Source: an uncultured Solirubrobacterales bacterium
Lineage (GTDB): Bacteria > Actinomycetota > Thermoleophilia > Solirubrobacterales > 70-9
DNA: 64,000 nucleotides
Assembly (NCBI GenBank): GCA_963801975.1
Contig: CAWDGR010000002.1
Location: forward strand, 123,642 to 187,641
Reading direction: 5' to 3'
Shown here: positions 12,635 through 23,320 of the stretch, piece by piece
How the letters are laid out: every line of letters begins with the position of its first letter
Numbering within the stretch: position 1 is the first letter of the stretch
Position numbers and translations under genes: made by a program
The notes under the pieces: generated by a model
Told to the model about the DNA's origin: nothing
What the model saw: only the letters and a program-made list of their open reading frames with translations
Databases searched by the model: none

Positions 12635-14017
12635 TCAGTCCAGCTTCGGGGACTTCCACTCGCTGGCCAGGCGGGCGGCGATCTGGCCGGGCAGACCTTC
12701 GATCGGCACCCGGACCTGTTCGAGAGAGTCGCGGTCGCGAAGGGTGACGGTGTCGTCTTCCATGCTCTGGTGGTCGACCGTGATGCCCCAGGGAGTACCG
12801 ATCTCGTCCTGGCGGCGGTAGCGCTTGCCGATCGAACCACCGACGTCGTATTCGGCCTGGATACCGGCCTTGCGGAAGCCGTTCATGATCTCCTTGGCCT
12901 TCTCGGGCATGCCTTCCTTGTTGACCAGCGGCAGGACCGAAACCTTGACCGGGGCCAGTCGCGGGTGGAGGCGCAGAACCGTGCGCTCGCGGCCCTCGAC
13001 CTGCTCGACCTCGTAGGCGTCGACCAGAAAGGCGAGCGCGGCGCGATCGGCGCCGGCCGCCGGTTCGATTACGTGCGGCAGGTAACGCTCACCGGACTTC
13101 TGGTCGAAGTACTCGAGCTTTTCGTTGGAGTGTTCCTGATGCTGGGTCAGGTCGAAGTTGCCCCGGTTGGCGACGCCTTCGAGCTCGGACCAGCCGATCG
13201 GGAACAGGTACTCGATGTCGCTGGTTCCGGATGAGTAGTGGGAGAGTTCGTCCGATTCGTGGGGGCGGACCATGAGGAAGTCGGGGCGGATGCCGAGCTC
13301 CAGGTACCAGTCCCGGCGGATCCCGATCCACTCCTGGTACCACTTGTCCGCCTCGGCCGGCGGTACGAAGAACTCCATCTCCATCTGTTCGAACTCCCGG
13401 GTGCGGAAGATGAAGTTTCCGGGGGTGATCTCGTTTCGGAAAGACTTGCCGATCTGGGCGATGCCGAAAGGCGGTGCCTTGCGGGCGAAGTTGAGTACGT
13501 TCTTGAAGTTGATGAAGATTCCCTGAGCGGTCTCCGGCCTCAGGTAGGCGACCGAACTTGAGTCCTTCATCGGGCCGACGTTGGTCTCGAACATGAGGTT
13601 GAACTCACGAGCCTCGGTCAACTCGCAGTCGGGGCCGTCACCCGGATTCTTCGAGGGTTTCTGCGGGCAGGTGGCGTTCTCGAGGTCGTCGGCGCGGAAG
13701 CGCTTGCCACAGGTGCGGCAGTCGACCATGGGGTCGCTGAAACCGGTCAGGTGGCCTGAGGCCTCCCAGACTTTGGGGTGCTGGAGGATGGCCGAGTCGA
13801 GGGCGACGATGTCGTCGCGCTCGGTGAGCATCGCTTTCCACCATTCGTTCTTGACGTTGTTCTTGAGCAGCACGCCGTAGTGGCCGTAGTCGTAGGTAGA
13901 TCCCAGCCCGCCATAGATCTCCGAAGACGGAAAAACGAAACCCCGGCGCTTGGCCAGGGCGACGATCTCGTCCATCGTCACTTCGGTGTTCTTTTCTGTT
14001 GCCGGTTGATCTGCCAT
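12635..14017 (-). CDS. glyQS: glycine--tRNA ligase (alpha2 type)
   Basis: 460 aa with RRGFVFPSSEIYGG, SFRNEITPGNFIFRTREFEQMEMEFF, and an anticodon-binding C-terminal domain. Confidence 0.97.
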   Translation of the reverse strand: MADQPATEKNTEVTMDEIVALAKRRGFVFPSSEIYGGLGSTYDYGHYGVLLKNNVKNEWWKAMLTERDDIVALDSAILQHPKVWEASGHLTGFSDPMVDCRTCGKRFRADDLENATCPQKPSKNPGDGPDCELTEAREFNLMFETNVGPMKDSSSVAYLRPETAQGIFINFKNVLNFARKAPPFGIAQIGKSFRNEITPGNFIFRTREFEQMEMEFFVPPAEADKWYQEWIGIRRDWYLELGIRPDFLMVRPHESDELSHYSSGTSDIEYLFPIGWSELEGVANRGNFDLTQHQEHSNEKLEYFDQKSGERYLPHVIEPAAGADRAALAFLVDAYEVEQVEGRERTVLRLHPRLAPVKVSVLPLVNKEGMPEKAKEIMNGFRKAGIQAEYDVGGSIGKRYRRQDEIGTPWGITVDHQSMEDDTVTLRDRDSLEQVRVPIEGLPGQIAARLASEWKSPKLD

Positions 14018-14073
14018 GGGCCGGAACGGTATACGGGACGCATCGAGCGGCGCGCTGCGATAATCATGCGTCC

Positions 14074-14460
14074 ATGCCGATTTACGAATACCGATGCGAC
14101 AACGGCCACGAAGTCGAAGTCATGCAGTCGATGAGCGAGGACACGCTGACCGAGTGCCCCGACTGCGGTGCTGCCACAAGGCGGGTACTGCATTCCCCGG
14201 CGATCCATTTCAAGGGGTCCGGATTCCACAACACCGATTACGGCACCCGCTCTTCGAACAAGGCAAAGCAGGCCGCCGCCGCAGCGTCCAAGGAGTCGGG
14301 CTCTGCGGCGACTCGGGTGGATCGGCTTCGGAGTCGGGGTCGTCCTCTCGGGAGACTCCACGGCGTCGTCGGACGGGCCGGGTCGAAGCGAGAAGAAGTC
14401 GGACTCGAAACCGGCGAAGTCGACTCCGTCCTCGGACTGAGCACACCGCCGCGGCTGTAG
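14074..14460 (+). CDS. FmdB-family zinc-ribbon putative regulatory protein (Ser-rich tail probably frame-disturbed)
   Basis: MPIYEYRCDNGHEVEVMQSMSEDTLTECPDCGA..RRVLHSP (CxxC...CxxC ribbon). After SKESGSAA, the typical Ser/Asp/Lys-rich tail appears in the other two frames (DSGGSASESGSSS, then GDSTASSDGPGRSEKKSDSKPAKSTPSSD* ending 14438-14440). Confidence 0.78.
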   Translation: MPIYEYRCDNGHEVEVMQSMSEDTLTECPDCGAATRRVLHSPAIHFKGSGFHNTDYGTRSSNKAKQAAAAASKESGSAATRVDRLRSRGRPLGRLHGVVGRAGSKREEVGLETGEVDSVLGLSTPPRL

Positions 14461-14511
14461 TTTCGACCGGGCATGGCCGGAAGGAACGGTCAAACCCCGG
14501 ATCGGGCCGAC

Positions 14512-15988
14512 ATGGTCCGGCAGCTGACCGGACTCGACGCGGAGATTCCTCGCGATCGAGGACCAGCGAAATTTTGCCCACGTCTCCGGACTGGCCGTGC
14601 TCGAACCCTGCGGGTGCCGAAGGCGGGGTGCTGGCGCTCTCCGACATGCGGCGGCTGGTCGAAGAGAGGATCCACCTGTTGCCGCCGTTCCGATGGAGGC
14701 TCGAAGAAGTGTTCCGCTCGGGCTCGATCACCCGTGGTGGATCGAAGATCCGGACTTCGACATCGGCTACCACGTGCGCGAGCTGGCCCTGCCGGCCCCC
14801 GGGAGCCACGATCAGCTTGCCGCCCAGGTCGAGCGCATCATCTCGAGGCCACTCGACCGCTCCCGCCCGTTGTGGGAGATGTACCTGATCCAGGGCCTCG
14901 AAGGAGGCCTCGCGGCGACGCTCACCAAGATTCACCACTCGGTCGTGGACGGCGTTTCAGGGGCCGAGATCCTCGCCATCCTGTTCGACCTCGAACCGGA
15001 CGGGCGCGAGGTCCCCCGCGAGCCGGCTGCATTCCAGACCTCCCGGCACCCGGGTTCCTTCGGACTGCTGGCCAAGGGCGTGAGCTCGCTTCCCGGCAGG
15101 GTTGTCCGTGGTGTCGGCCGCGTGCCCGAGACCGTGGTCAACATCGCCGACGTGCCGCCGGTCCGGGGCCTTCCGGGTGTTCGCTCTCTCGGGGTCGCGA
15201 CGAAGCGTGTCCGCCGCGCCCTCGAAAGGGGCCGCGACCCTGAAGAGCTCGGTCACCCCGGGCTTACCGCACCGCGAACGCTGCTCAATGACAGGATCTC
15301 CGCCCAGCGCCATTTCTCCTTCGGCACGCTCTCGCTGGACGAGGTCAAGGCCGTGAAGAATGCCTACGGCGTCAAGGTCAACGATGTGGTCATGTCGCTC
15401 TCGGCGGCCGCGGTTCGCGGCTTCCTGCTCGCCAACGACGACCTGCCGGACGTGCCGGTCATCGCGATGGTCCCGGTTTCGGTCAGGAGCGGCGAAGACG
15501 TCGGCACGTTCGGCAACCAGGTTTCGGCGATGATGGCCTCCCTGCCGACCGACGTACCGGATCCCGTCGAGCGGCTGCGCTGCGCAGCCGCCGAGATGTC
15601 GGTGGCCAAGAAGCACCATGCGACCCAGCCTTCGCACTTCATTGCCGACGCGACCGAACTCATCCCGCCGGTCGTCTTCTCCCGTGCGGCACGAATCGTT
15701 TCCGAGCTCGGTGCGAATTCGCACTTCTCTCCCCACTTCAACGTGATCGTCTCCAACGTACCGGGACCGCCGATGCCGCTGTACATGGCCGGCGCCAGGC
15801 TGGAGTCCCACTACCCGGCCTCAGTCATCATGGACGGGGTCGGGCTGAACATCACCGTGCTCAGCTACCTCGACCGGCTCGACATCGGCATCGTCGGAGA
15901 CCGCGAGCTCGCCCCCAACTTCGACCATCTGGTCGACTCGATGAAGCAAGAGCTGCTCGAGCTTCGCCGTCGCGCCCCGGAAGCCTGA
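14512..15988 (+). pseudogene. wax ester synthase / diacylglycerol acyltransferase (WS/DGAT), three frame breaks in the first 210 bp
   Basis: The N-terminus is spread over three frames: MVRQLTGLDAE | FLAIEDQRNFAHVSGLAVLEP | AGAEGGVLALSDMRRLVEERIHLLPPFRWRLEEV | PLGLDHPWWIEDPDFDIGYHV. It then stays in one frame through the active-site motif HHSVVDGVSG to the stop at 15988. Confidence 0.85.
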
Positions 15989-16012
15989 CCTGAATCTGCG
16001 GCGCGGGGCCGA

Positions 16013-17683
16013 CTACTTCCTGACCAGCCTCACCGTGATGGACTTCCTCTTGATCGGGCAGTCGTCCGGCTCGAAAACCACTCTGAGCTTCAGTTTCGCC
16101 CTGCCACGCCGGACAAGTCGCTTCGCGGCTCTTCCCCGCGCCCTCACGGGCAAGCTCACGGTCCCCGCGCGTCTCGCGGTTCGTCTCAGCGGCCTGACCG
16201 ATTTGGAGCCCTTCAGCGTGACCCGTCCCGCGGACTTGATCCTGACCGGCAGGACGGCGGTGCCATTTTGCCGGTTCAGCTTCGGGCGCCTCAGCGAGAA
16301 CGGTTTCGGGAGGCAGATCGGCGCCGGAGCGGTCGAGGCAGTCTGAATGATCGAGTGGCTTCCGTCGAATCGCTGCCAGACCGCAGTGGTCCTTCCGTCT
16401 GCGTCCGTTGCCAGAGCGACTTCCTGCGCGCTTTGGCCTGCCGCCGAGAGATCCGTCGTGGTTCCGAAAGACCCGCCAGGGGTGCGCGTCCGACTCTGGA
16501 TCCTGAAGTCTCCCGCCTGGTCGGTACGCGTCCAGGCGGCAGTCATGGTCCCGTCCGGCGAGGCAGCCACTGTGGGTACGGCTGCGGAGGCTCCGGAGGC
16601 GGTCAGGTCTACGACCGGACCGGGGCTTCCACTTGCCGGGACTTCTCGAGCCTGGATGATCGAGTCGGGACCATTCTCGTTCTGCCAGACGACGGTAGCG
16701 TCGCCGCCGGTTCCGACCGCGACGCGCGGATCCACCTCTCCCGGTCTCGGACTGGCCAGCACCGATGCGGCACCGAAATTGCCGGCGGTCTGACGGCGGG
16801 CGAATTCGACATCAGCATTGCCGCCTGACCGATGCGTCCAGATCGCCACCGACGAGCCGTCGGGGCCGAAGGCGATCCCGGCGTCGAAGTAATTCCCGAG
16901 GGTCGGCGAACCGACCGCCTGGTCGAGCAGGAAGTTGCCTGCCGGCGGCCGGGTGGCTGCCTGAACCGAGTCGACCAGCCCGCCGTCCCGCGCCCAGATC
17001 GCTGTGGTCGTCCCGTCGGGGGATCCGGCCACCTCCACCGCGGAGCTGAAGCCGGCCGCGTCAGAGAGGTCGACCACCGAACCGAAGCCACCGCCCGGCA
17101 GCCGGGTCGAGGCCTGCACGATGCTGTTCCCGCCCTGGATCCGGATCCACGCCGCAGTCGCCGTGCCGTCGCCGGCGATCGCGATCCGCGGGCCCTGGAC
17201 CCTGCCGGCCGGCGCCGAAACCAGAGTTGACGGACCAAACGCGCCTCCCGGCGAGCTGGTCGCCGTCCGGATGACTGAATCCGCCCCGACCCGTTCGATC
17301 CAGACCGCCGTGGCGCGGCCGTCCGGGGCCGACCGAAACGTCCGGGGAGAACGAGTCCGATCCCGGCGCGCTCAGGTCCTCGGGAGGTCCGAAACTGCCT
17401 CCGGGCTGGCGCACGGCCGCCTGAATGGTGAGGTTGGTTCCGTTGAAGCGCGACCAGACAGCTGTCGCAGTGCCGTCCGCAGCGATGGCGATCCGAGGCC
17501 GACTTCGTCGTCCTGCTCAGCAGCGGAAAGGTCGATCGCAGGCAGCGACCACGGTCCCTGGGGAGCGGCCTCGGATGTCGATGGCGCGGCGAGCAGGATC
17601 AGCGCCAGCAAAGCCAGCGCCAGGGCACACCAGGCGTCGGTCACGAGCCGTTGGGCCACGCTCAACCTCGCGGTGGTTGCCAT
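16013..17683 (-). pseudogene. secreted repeat protein (about 45-aa PGGxFG...DG.ata.W.R repeats, beta-propeller-like) with basic C-terminal module and two frame breaks
   Basis: Signal peptide MATTARLSVAQRLVTDAWCALALALLALILLAAPSTSEA (start 17683). Repeats run through three listed ORFs (17372..17683, 17061..17414, 16013..17119). They join if single-base indels are assumed near 17492-17502 and 17322-17330. Confidence 0.7.
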
Positions 17684-17791
17684 CGAATGCCATCTCCCTT
17701 GCGGTTCCGGGATCCTCTGACGGGAACCCTGACCGGAAGAGTCTGCCGGTCGCTGCCGGATCCGTCAACACGAACCCAACGGAAGGGTTGT

Positions 17792-19054
17792 TCAGCCGCC
17801 CTCGAGCTTGCGTGCCGCGCGCCGGCGCTCCTCTACCGGGATCTCGAGGCTGCCGCCGGGGCCGTTGCCGGAGGGGATCAGAACATCGGGCTCGGCCGAT
17901 CCGGCGAAGGCGGTGGAGAGGGCGAGCTGTGGCATCGCGATCAGGCCGAGGTCGGAGATGAAGGCCTTGGGCGCGGTCCAGCCGATGATCGGCCCCTTGA
18001 GGAAGTTGTAAGGCAGGCGCAGGGGCGAAGTCAGGCGGCCCTTGATGCCGTTGAGGATGTTCTGCTGGGCGGCGGCACGGTCGAGGTCGTCGTAGCCCTC
18101 GGAGAAGGCACTGGGTCCGTCTCCGGGGCAGGGACTGGGACTGCGGGTCCGGGCGTAGGCGAGCGCATCCTCGCCGTTGAGGGTGTTCGAGCCCTGCTCG
18201 AGCTCGATCGTCCAGCCGCCGTTGGCCTCGCCGCCGGAGATGTCGGCGCACAGGGGGATGTCGAGGTCGACCTTGACCCCGCCGATCGCGTCGATGAAGT
18301 CCTCGAAGCCTTCGAAGTTCATGATCACCACGTGGTCGATCGGGATTCCGAGGAAGTCCGAGACGGTCTCGACCTGCAGCGCGGCACCGCCGAAGGCGTA
18401 GGCGGCATTGATCTTCTGGGCACCGTTGCCAGGAATCTCGGCGAAGGAGTCTCTCGGGATCGAGAGCTTGCGGAACTGGCCGCCGCCGGCCCGGACGACC
18501 ATCAGGGTGTCGGCCCTTGCTCCGGCGCAACCGTCGCTCGGGGCCTCGCCGCGGGCCTGCTGCTCGTAGCAGCGTTCTTCCTGCGCGGCTCCCGGCTCGA
18601 GAGTGTCGGGACTGCGGCTGTCGGTGCCGATCACCAGGATGTTCTGGGCCTGGGGTAGCAGCCAGGGGTTGCCCTGCAGCGCTGACTTCGCGTCCCCGTC
18701 GAGCTTCATCGACTGGACCTGGGCCGAGACCGCGAAGGCCAGCACGCTGAGCGCGAACCAGCCAAGGGCTGCGAAGAGGATCCACTTCAGCCAGGGCCGT
18801 CGCCGGCGTGAACGCTTTCGAGGATCGCGGCGGTCGTCGGGTGGGGAGGACTGGCGGTAGACCGGATAGGGCACCGGATCGGCTTCCTGCCGGCGCCCGG
18901 CAGGCTGCGATTCCGGCTGCTGGCGCTGCTTTCGGGCCTTGTCCTTCAGCGAATCGAGGTCCGGCTTGCGAAACCGGGAGAATGGCCCCCGGCGCGAGCG
19001 GTAGACGTTGTATTCGGGACGCTCTGAGGGTCGCTTGTCGCCGTCGGATGGCAT
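17792..19054 (-). CDS. LCP family (LytR-CpsA-Psr) cell-envelope phosphotransferase
   Basis: Basic cytoplasmic N-terminus, one TM segment (WLKWILFAALGWFALSVLAFAV), and the LCP core RADTLMVVR...LSIPRDS...KINAAYAFGG...DHVVIMNFEGF. Confidence 0.9.
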   Translation of the reverse strand: MPSDGDKRPSERPEYNVYRSRRGPFSRFRKPDLDSLKDKARKQRQQPESQPAGRRQEADPVPYPVYRQSSPPDDRRDPRKRSRRRRPWLKWILFAALGWFALSVLAFAVSAQVQSMKLDGDAKSALQGNPWLLPQAQNILVIGTDSRSPDTLEPGAAQEERCYEQQARGEAPSDGCAGARADTLMVVRAGGGQFRKLSIPRDSFAEIPGNGAQKINAAYAFGGAALQVETVSDFLGIPIDHVVIMNFEGFEDFIDAIGGVKVDLDIPLCADISGGEANGGWTIELEQGSNTLNGEDALAYARTRSPSPCPGDGPSAFSEGYDDLDRAAAQQNILNGIKGRLTSPLRLPYNFLKGPIIGWTAPKAFISDLGLIAMPQLALSTAFAGSAEPDVLIPSGNGPGGSLEIPVEERRRAARKLEGG

Positions 19055-19076
19055 AAAGGTCTAAGAATGGTGACTG

Positions 19077-20036
19077 ATGACGGGAATTGAGACGATCGGA
19101 GCGGATCTGGGTGGGACGAACCTGGCGGTCTGCGTGCTCGACGGTGAATCGGGAACGGCTTGGGAGGATCAGGTTTCCTCGAGTGGTTATTCGCAGGAAC
19201 AGGTCATAGACCTTCTGGTTCGTGAGGTCGAGCGCGCCCGGGAGGTCCGGCCTTCGGTGGCCGGCGTCGGTCTGGGGATCCCCGCGAGAATCGACTTCGA
19301 GAAGGGTCATGCGATCGACACGGTGAACCTCGACTTCGAGCAGTTCCCGGTCAGGGACCTGATCGGTGAGCGGACCGGGCTGCCGGCCTTCGTCGACAAC
19401 GACGGCAACGTGGCGATGATGGCCGAGGCTCTGTTCGGTGCCGCCAGGGGCGCCCGCCACGCGCTGATGCTTACTCTCGGCACCGGGGTCGGGGGCGGAA
19501 TCTGGATCGACGGCAGGACCTATCGCGGGGCCACCGGGGCCGCGGCGGAACTCGGCCACACGGTCGTCGAGATAGATGGCCCGCGCTGCCAGGGCAACTG
19601 CCCCGGTCGCGGCTGTATCGAGACTTTCGCTTCCGGGACCGGCATCGCCAAGCTCGGCGCGCAGTCAGCGACCGAGAACCCGGACTCCGCTCTCGGCCGC
19701 ATCGCCGCGGCGGGGCAGGAGATAAGCGCGCGAGAGGTGAACGAGGCGGCGAGTGCGGGCGACCCGGCCGCGATAGCAGTGGTCGAAAAGGTCGGCCACT
19801 ACCTCGGCACGGCCCTGGTCTCCCTTTCCAACATCTTCGAACCTGAAGTGATCGTGCTCGGTGGCGGGGCGATGGCCTTCGGCGATCTGCTTCTGGAGCC
19901 AGTCCGGGAAGAGGTCGCCGCGCGGGCGCTCAGCCCGATGGATGCGACCCCCGTCGTGGCGGCCACGCTCGGCCCGGCGGCGGGCATGATCGGCGCCGCG
20001 GCTCTGGCCCGGGTCGAACTCGAGGCGGCACGCTGA
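19077..20036 (+). CDS. ROK family sugar kinase (glucokinase-like)
   Basis: GADLGGTN, NDGNVAMMAE, GTGVGGG, and the ROK Cys motif GHTVVEIDGPRCQGNCPGRGCIE. Confidence 0.87.
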   Translation: MTGIETIGADLGGTNLAVCVLDGESGTAWEDQVSSSGYSQEQVIDLLVREVERAREVRPSVAGVGLGIPARIDFEKGHAIDTVNLDFEQFPVRDLIGERTGLPAFVDNDGNVAMMAEALFGAARGARHALMLTLGTGVGGGIWIDGRTYRGATGAAAELGHTVVEIDGPRCQGNCPGRGCIETFASGTGIAKLGAQSATENPDSALGRIAAAGQEISAREVNEAASAGDPAAIAVVEKVGHYLGTALVSLSNIFEPEVIVLGGGAMAFGDLLLEPVREEVAARALSPMDATPVVAATLGPAAGMIGAAALARVELEAAR

Positions 20037-20863
20037 TGCCGGGGCGGCTGACCGTATGCCCGACTCCGATCGGAAACCTCGACGATGTGACCAAGCGGGT
20101 CAGGGAGGCCCTGGTCGGTGCCGACTACATCGCCTGCGAGGACACCCGGCGCACGGGCCGGCTGCTGGAGAAGATGGAGATCAGCCCGAGGCCGAGGCTG
20201 GTCACCTACCACGAAGGCAACGAGGCCTCGAGGGCGATCGAGCTGGTGAAGCGGATCGAACGCGGGGATCGCATCGCCCTGGTCAGCGACTCGGGGATGC
20301 CCGGGATTTCCGACCCGGGTCACAAGCTGATCGGCGCCTGCCACGATCGCGGGCTCGAGGTCACGGTGCTGCCGGGACCGTCGGTCGTACCGGTCGCGCT
20401 GGTCGCCTCGGGCCTGCCGTCGGACCGCTGGCGCTTCGAGGGTTTCTTGCCCAAGCGCTCGGGCGAGATGGAGCGTGTGCTCAACTCGACCGAAACCGTG
20501 ATCGCCTTCGAGTCGCCGCGGCGCATCTCCAAGACCCTGGCCGCCCTGGCCGTACTGGCACCCGAACGCGAGGCGGCCGTATGCCGGGAGATGACCAAGC
20601 TCCACGAGGAGGTCAGTCGAGGCACGCTCTCGGAGCTCGCGCTCCGGTACAAAGAGGACGTCAAGGGCGAGATCGTCCTGGTCATCGGACCGGCGGGATC
20701 GGCCGCCCACGGGCAGGACATGGTCTTCGCGGTCGAGGCCCTGAAGCGGCTGGTCCAGTCCGGCGCAAGGCCGAGAGCCGCCGCCACGGTCGTCGCCACG
20801 TTGACCGGCACCCGCGCCAATGACCTCTACAAGGCGTTGACGGGCCGCGAACCCCGACGATGA
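20036..20863 (+). CDS. rsmI: 16S rRNA (cytidine1402-2'-O)-methyltransferase
   Basis: LTVCPTPIGNLDDVT...ACEDTRRTGRLL...SDSGMPGISDPG...FEGFLP...FESPRR. Confidence 0.93.
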   Translation: MPGRLTVCPTPIGNLDDVTKRVREALVGADYIACEDTRRTGRLLEKMEISPRPRLVTYHEGNEASRAIELVKRIERGDRIALVSDSGMPGISDPGHKLIGACHDRGLEVTVLPGPSVVPVALVASGLPSDRWRFEGFLPKRSGEMERVLNSTETVIAFESPRRISKTLAALAVLAPEREAAVCREMTKLHEEVSRGTLSELALRYKEDVKGEIVLVIGPAGSAAHGQDMVFAVEALKRLVQSGARPRAAATVVATLTGTRANDLYKALTGREPRR

Positions 20864-21756
20864 GCCGCATCGCGCTGGCGACCTGCGAGCCGCGGCAGCC
20901 GATGTGGCAAGACGACCTCGCGGCCGCCGAGGTACTGGAGAGCGCAGGGTTGGAGGTTGGCTTCGTCGCATGGGACGATCCTGATGCCGACTGGACCGCC
21001 TTCGAGAGGGTCATCCTGCGCTCGACTTGGGATTACGCGTCGAGACCCGGAGAGTTCCTCGCCTGGGTCGACTCGGTCGGCGCTGACCGGCTGCGCAATA
21101 CGCCGGAGATGATCCGCTGGAACTGCGACAAGCGATACCTGGCCGAACTCGACGGAGCGGGCTTTCCCGTGCCGCCGACCCTTCTCGTGGCACCGGGAGG
21201 GCGGATCCCGGACCTCGACGGCGAGTTCGTGATCAAACCGCTGGTCGGTGCCGGCGCCAGGGACACGGGTCGCTTCGGCCCCGAAGCCACTGCGGGCGCG
21301 GTCGCACTGCTCAATCGACTGGCGGAGCGTGACGAGATAGCGATGGTCCAGCCCTTCATCGAGCAGATCGAGAGTGACGGCGAAACCTCGGTCGTCGTAA
21401 TCGGCGGTCAGGTCGCCTGGGCTGTCAACAGGGGCTCTTTCCTCGCGCCGGACTCCGTGGTTCCAGACGATCCCGACGGAGTCGCGGCGGCCGGACGCGA
21501 CGAGCAGCTCGTCCGCCTGGTCGAGCCGGCTCCCGAGGAAGCCGAGCTCGCCCACCGGGCGGTCGGCTGGCTTTCCTCTCGCTTCGGTGTCACGCCGCTG
21601 TTCGCCCGTGTCGACATGGTCGGCAGCGCTCCCGGCGGACCCGTACTGATCGAAGTCGAGCTGATCGAGCCCTCGCTCTACCTCGGCTGGGCGGCGGGGC
21701 TCGATTTTCCCGGGGCAGAGGTTTTCGCCGCCGCCGTGATCGCCGATCTCGGCTGA
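20860..21756 (+). CDS. ATP-grasp domain protein (function unknown)
   Basis: 298 aa, with its ATG overlapping the rsmI stop (ATGA). The N-terminal pre-ATP-grasp-like region is followed by CDKRYLAELDGAGFPVPPT...VIKPLVGAGARD. Confidence 0.6.
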   Translation: MSRIALATCEPRQPMWQDDLAAAEVLESAGLEVGFVAWDDPDADWTAFERVILRSTWDYASRPGEFLAWVDSVGADRLRNTPEMIRWNCDKRYLAELDGAGFPVPPTLLVAPGGRIPDLDGEFVIKPLVGAGARDTGRFGPEATAGAVALLNRLAERDEIAMVQPFIEQIESDGETSVVVIGGQVAWAVNRGSFLAPDSVVPDDPDGVAAAGRDEQLVRLVEPAPEEAELAHRAVGWLSSRFGVTPLFARVDMVGSAPGGPVLIEVELIEPSLYLGWAAGLDFPGAEVFAAAVIADLG

Positions 21757-21778
21757 GCCGCCCTATGCTGGTCAGCCC

Positions 21779-23284
21779 GTGAGTTTCTACGTCACAACAC
21801 CGATCTTCTACGGAAACGGCGAGCCGCACCTCGGCCACGCCTACTCGACCATGGCCGCCGACATCCTGGCTCGCCACATGCGCCAGCGCGGGGAGGACGT
21901 GTTCTTCCTGACCGGCACCGACGAGCACGGCGAGCCGATCGCCCAGGCTGCCGAGCGGGAGGGAATATCGCCGAAGCAACTGGTCGATCGCAGTGCCGGC
22001 CAGTTCCGGGACATGGTCGGCAAAGTCGATGCGACCAACGACTTCTTCATCCGGACCACCGACCCCGGTCATATCGAAAGGGTTCAGAGAGTCGTTGAGC
22101 TGGTCAAGGACAACGGCTACGTCTACCGCGGTACCTGGACCGGCTGGTACTGCCCGCGCTGCGCGGACTTCAAGAACGAATCGGAGATCGGACCCGGAGA
22201 CACCTGTCCGATCCACGAGATCCCGCTGCAGCGCGAAGAGGAGGAGAACTGGTTCTTCAAGCTCTCGGCCTTTCAGGAGGAGCTGGAGAAGATGTACGTC
22301 GAGAACCCGGGCATGATCCAGCCCGACTTCCGTCGCAACGAGGCGCTGTCATTCATCCGTGGCGGGCTGAGGGACGTCTCGCTCTCGCGTTCGAAGCTGA
22401 GCTGGGGTGTGCCACTGACCTGGGACGCCGATCAGGTGATGTACGTCTGGTTCGACGCCCTGCTCAACTACTACACCGCGCTGGGCTATGCCCGTGAAGG
22501 AGAGGATCTGACCGACTCCTTCTGGCCCGCCTCCTGGCACATCCTCGCCAAGGACATCCTCAAGTTTCACGCCGTCTACTGGCCGGCCTTTCTCATGGCC
22601 GCCGGTCTGGAGCCTCCGCAGCGGATGTTCATCCACGGCTATCTGCTGATGGGCGAGAAGAAGATGTCGAAGTCGCTCGGCAACGTGCTCGATCCGTTCG
22701 AGGTGATCGAGCGCTTCGGGGCGGACGCGCTGCGCTACTACTGCTTCCGCGAGGTCAGCTTCGGCCAGGACGGTTCGATCTCCACTGCCGGTTTCGAAGC
22801 CCGCTACGAGACCGAGTTGGCGAACGACTTCGGAAACCTCGCCTCACGGACCCTCGCCATGGTCGACCGCTACCGCGACGGAGTCGTCCCGGAGGCCGAG
22901 CCCGACGACGCTCTCGGTGCCGAATTCGAGGGGCTCGTGAACCGGGTCTGCGCGCTGCTCGACGAAGCCCAGATCGGCCAGGCCCTGGAGGAGATATGGG
23001 TCCTGGTCCGTCGTCTGAACCGCTACGTCGAAGAGAGCCAGCCCTGGGTTCTGGCCAAGTCGCCGGAAGATGCCGGACGCCTGGACCAGGTTCTCTACGG
23101 CCTGGTCGAAGGCCTGCGCGTGATTACGCTTCTGCTGCACCCGTACCTGCCGAATTCCTCCGCCACGCTGCTGGAGGCACTCGGCCAGACGGGGCTTGAG
23201 CTGGAGGATTTCGCCTCCCGCCCCGGTGGCGGCATCGTCAAGAGGATTGATCCGCTGTTCCCAAAGCTCGATTCCCCGGAGTAG
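21779..23284 (+). CDS. metG: methionine--tRNA ligase (short form)
   Basis: HIGH region PHLGHAYS, Zn knuckle CPRC...CPIH, and KMSKS motif KMSKSLGN. Confidence 0.96.
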   Translation: MSFYVTTPIFYGNGEPHLGHAYSTMAADILARHMRQRGEDVFFLTGTDEHGEPIAQAAEREGISPKQLVDRSAGQFRDMVGKVDATNDFFIRTTDPGHIERVQRVVELVKDNGYVYRGTWTGWYCPRCADFKNESEIGPGDTCPIHEIPLQREEEENWFFKLSAFQEELEKMYVENPGMIQPDFRRNEALSFIRGGLRDVSLSRSKLSWGVPLTWDADQVMYVWFDALLNYYTALGYAREGEDLTDSFWPASWHILAKDILKFHAVYWPAFLMAAGLEPPQRMFIHGYLLMGEKKMSKSLGNVLDPFEVIERFGADALRYYCFREVSFGQDGSISTAGFEARYETELANDFGNLASRTLAMVDRYRDGVVPEAEPDDALGAEFEGLVNRVCALLDEAQIGQALEEIWVLVRRLNRYVEESQPWVLAKSPEDAGRLDQVLYGLVEGLRVITLLLHPYLPNSSATLLEALGQTGLELEDFASRPGGGIVKRIDPLFPKLDSPE

Positions 23285-23320
23285 GATCATTCGTTCGATC
23301 CGAAATCGTCCGGAGGAATC

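Noticed and set aside
14018-14073. Possible T-box leader for glyQS.
   Set aside because: The intergenic space is only 56 nt and is shared with the divergent fmdB gene. That is far too short for a T-box.
14094-14888. 264-aa ORF spanning the fmdB/WS-DGAT junction.
   Set aside because: It is a composite of out-of-frame pieces. Only short internal stretches (GSASESGSSS; GVLALSDMRRLVEERIHLLPPFRWRLEEV) are meaningful, and they belong to the two neighbouring frame-broken genes.
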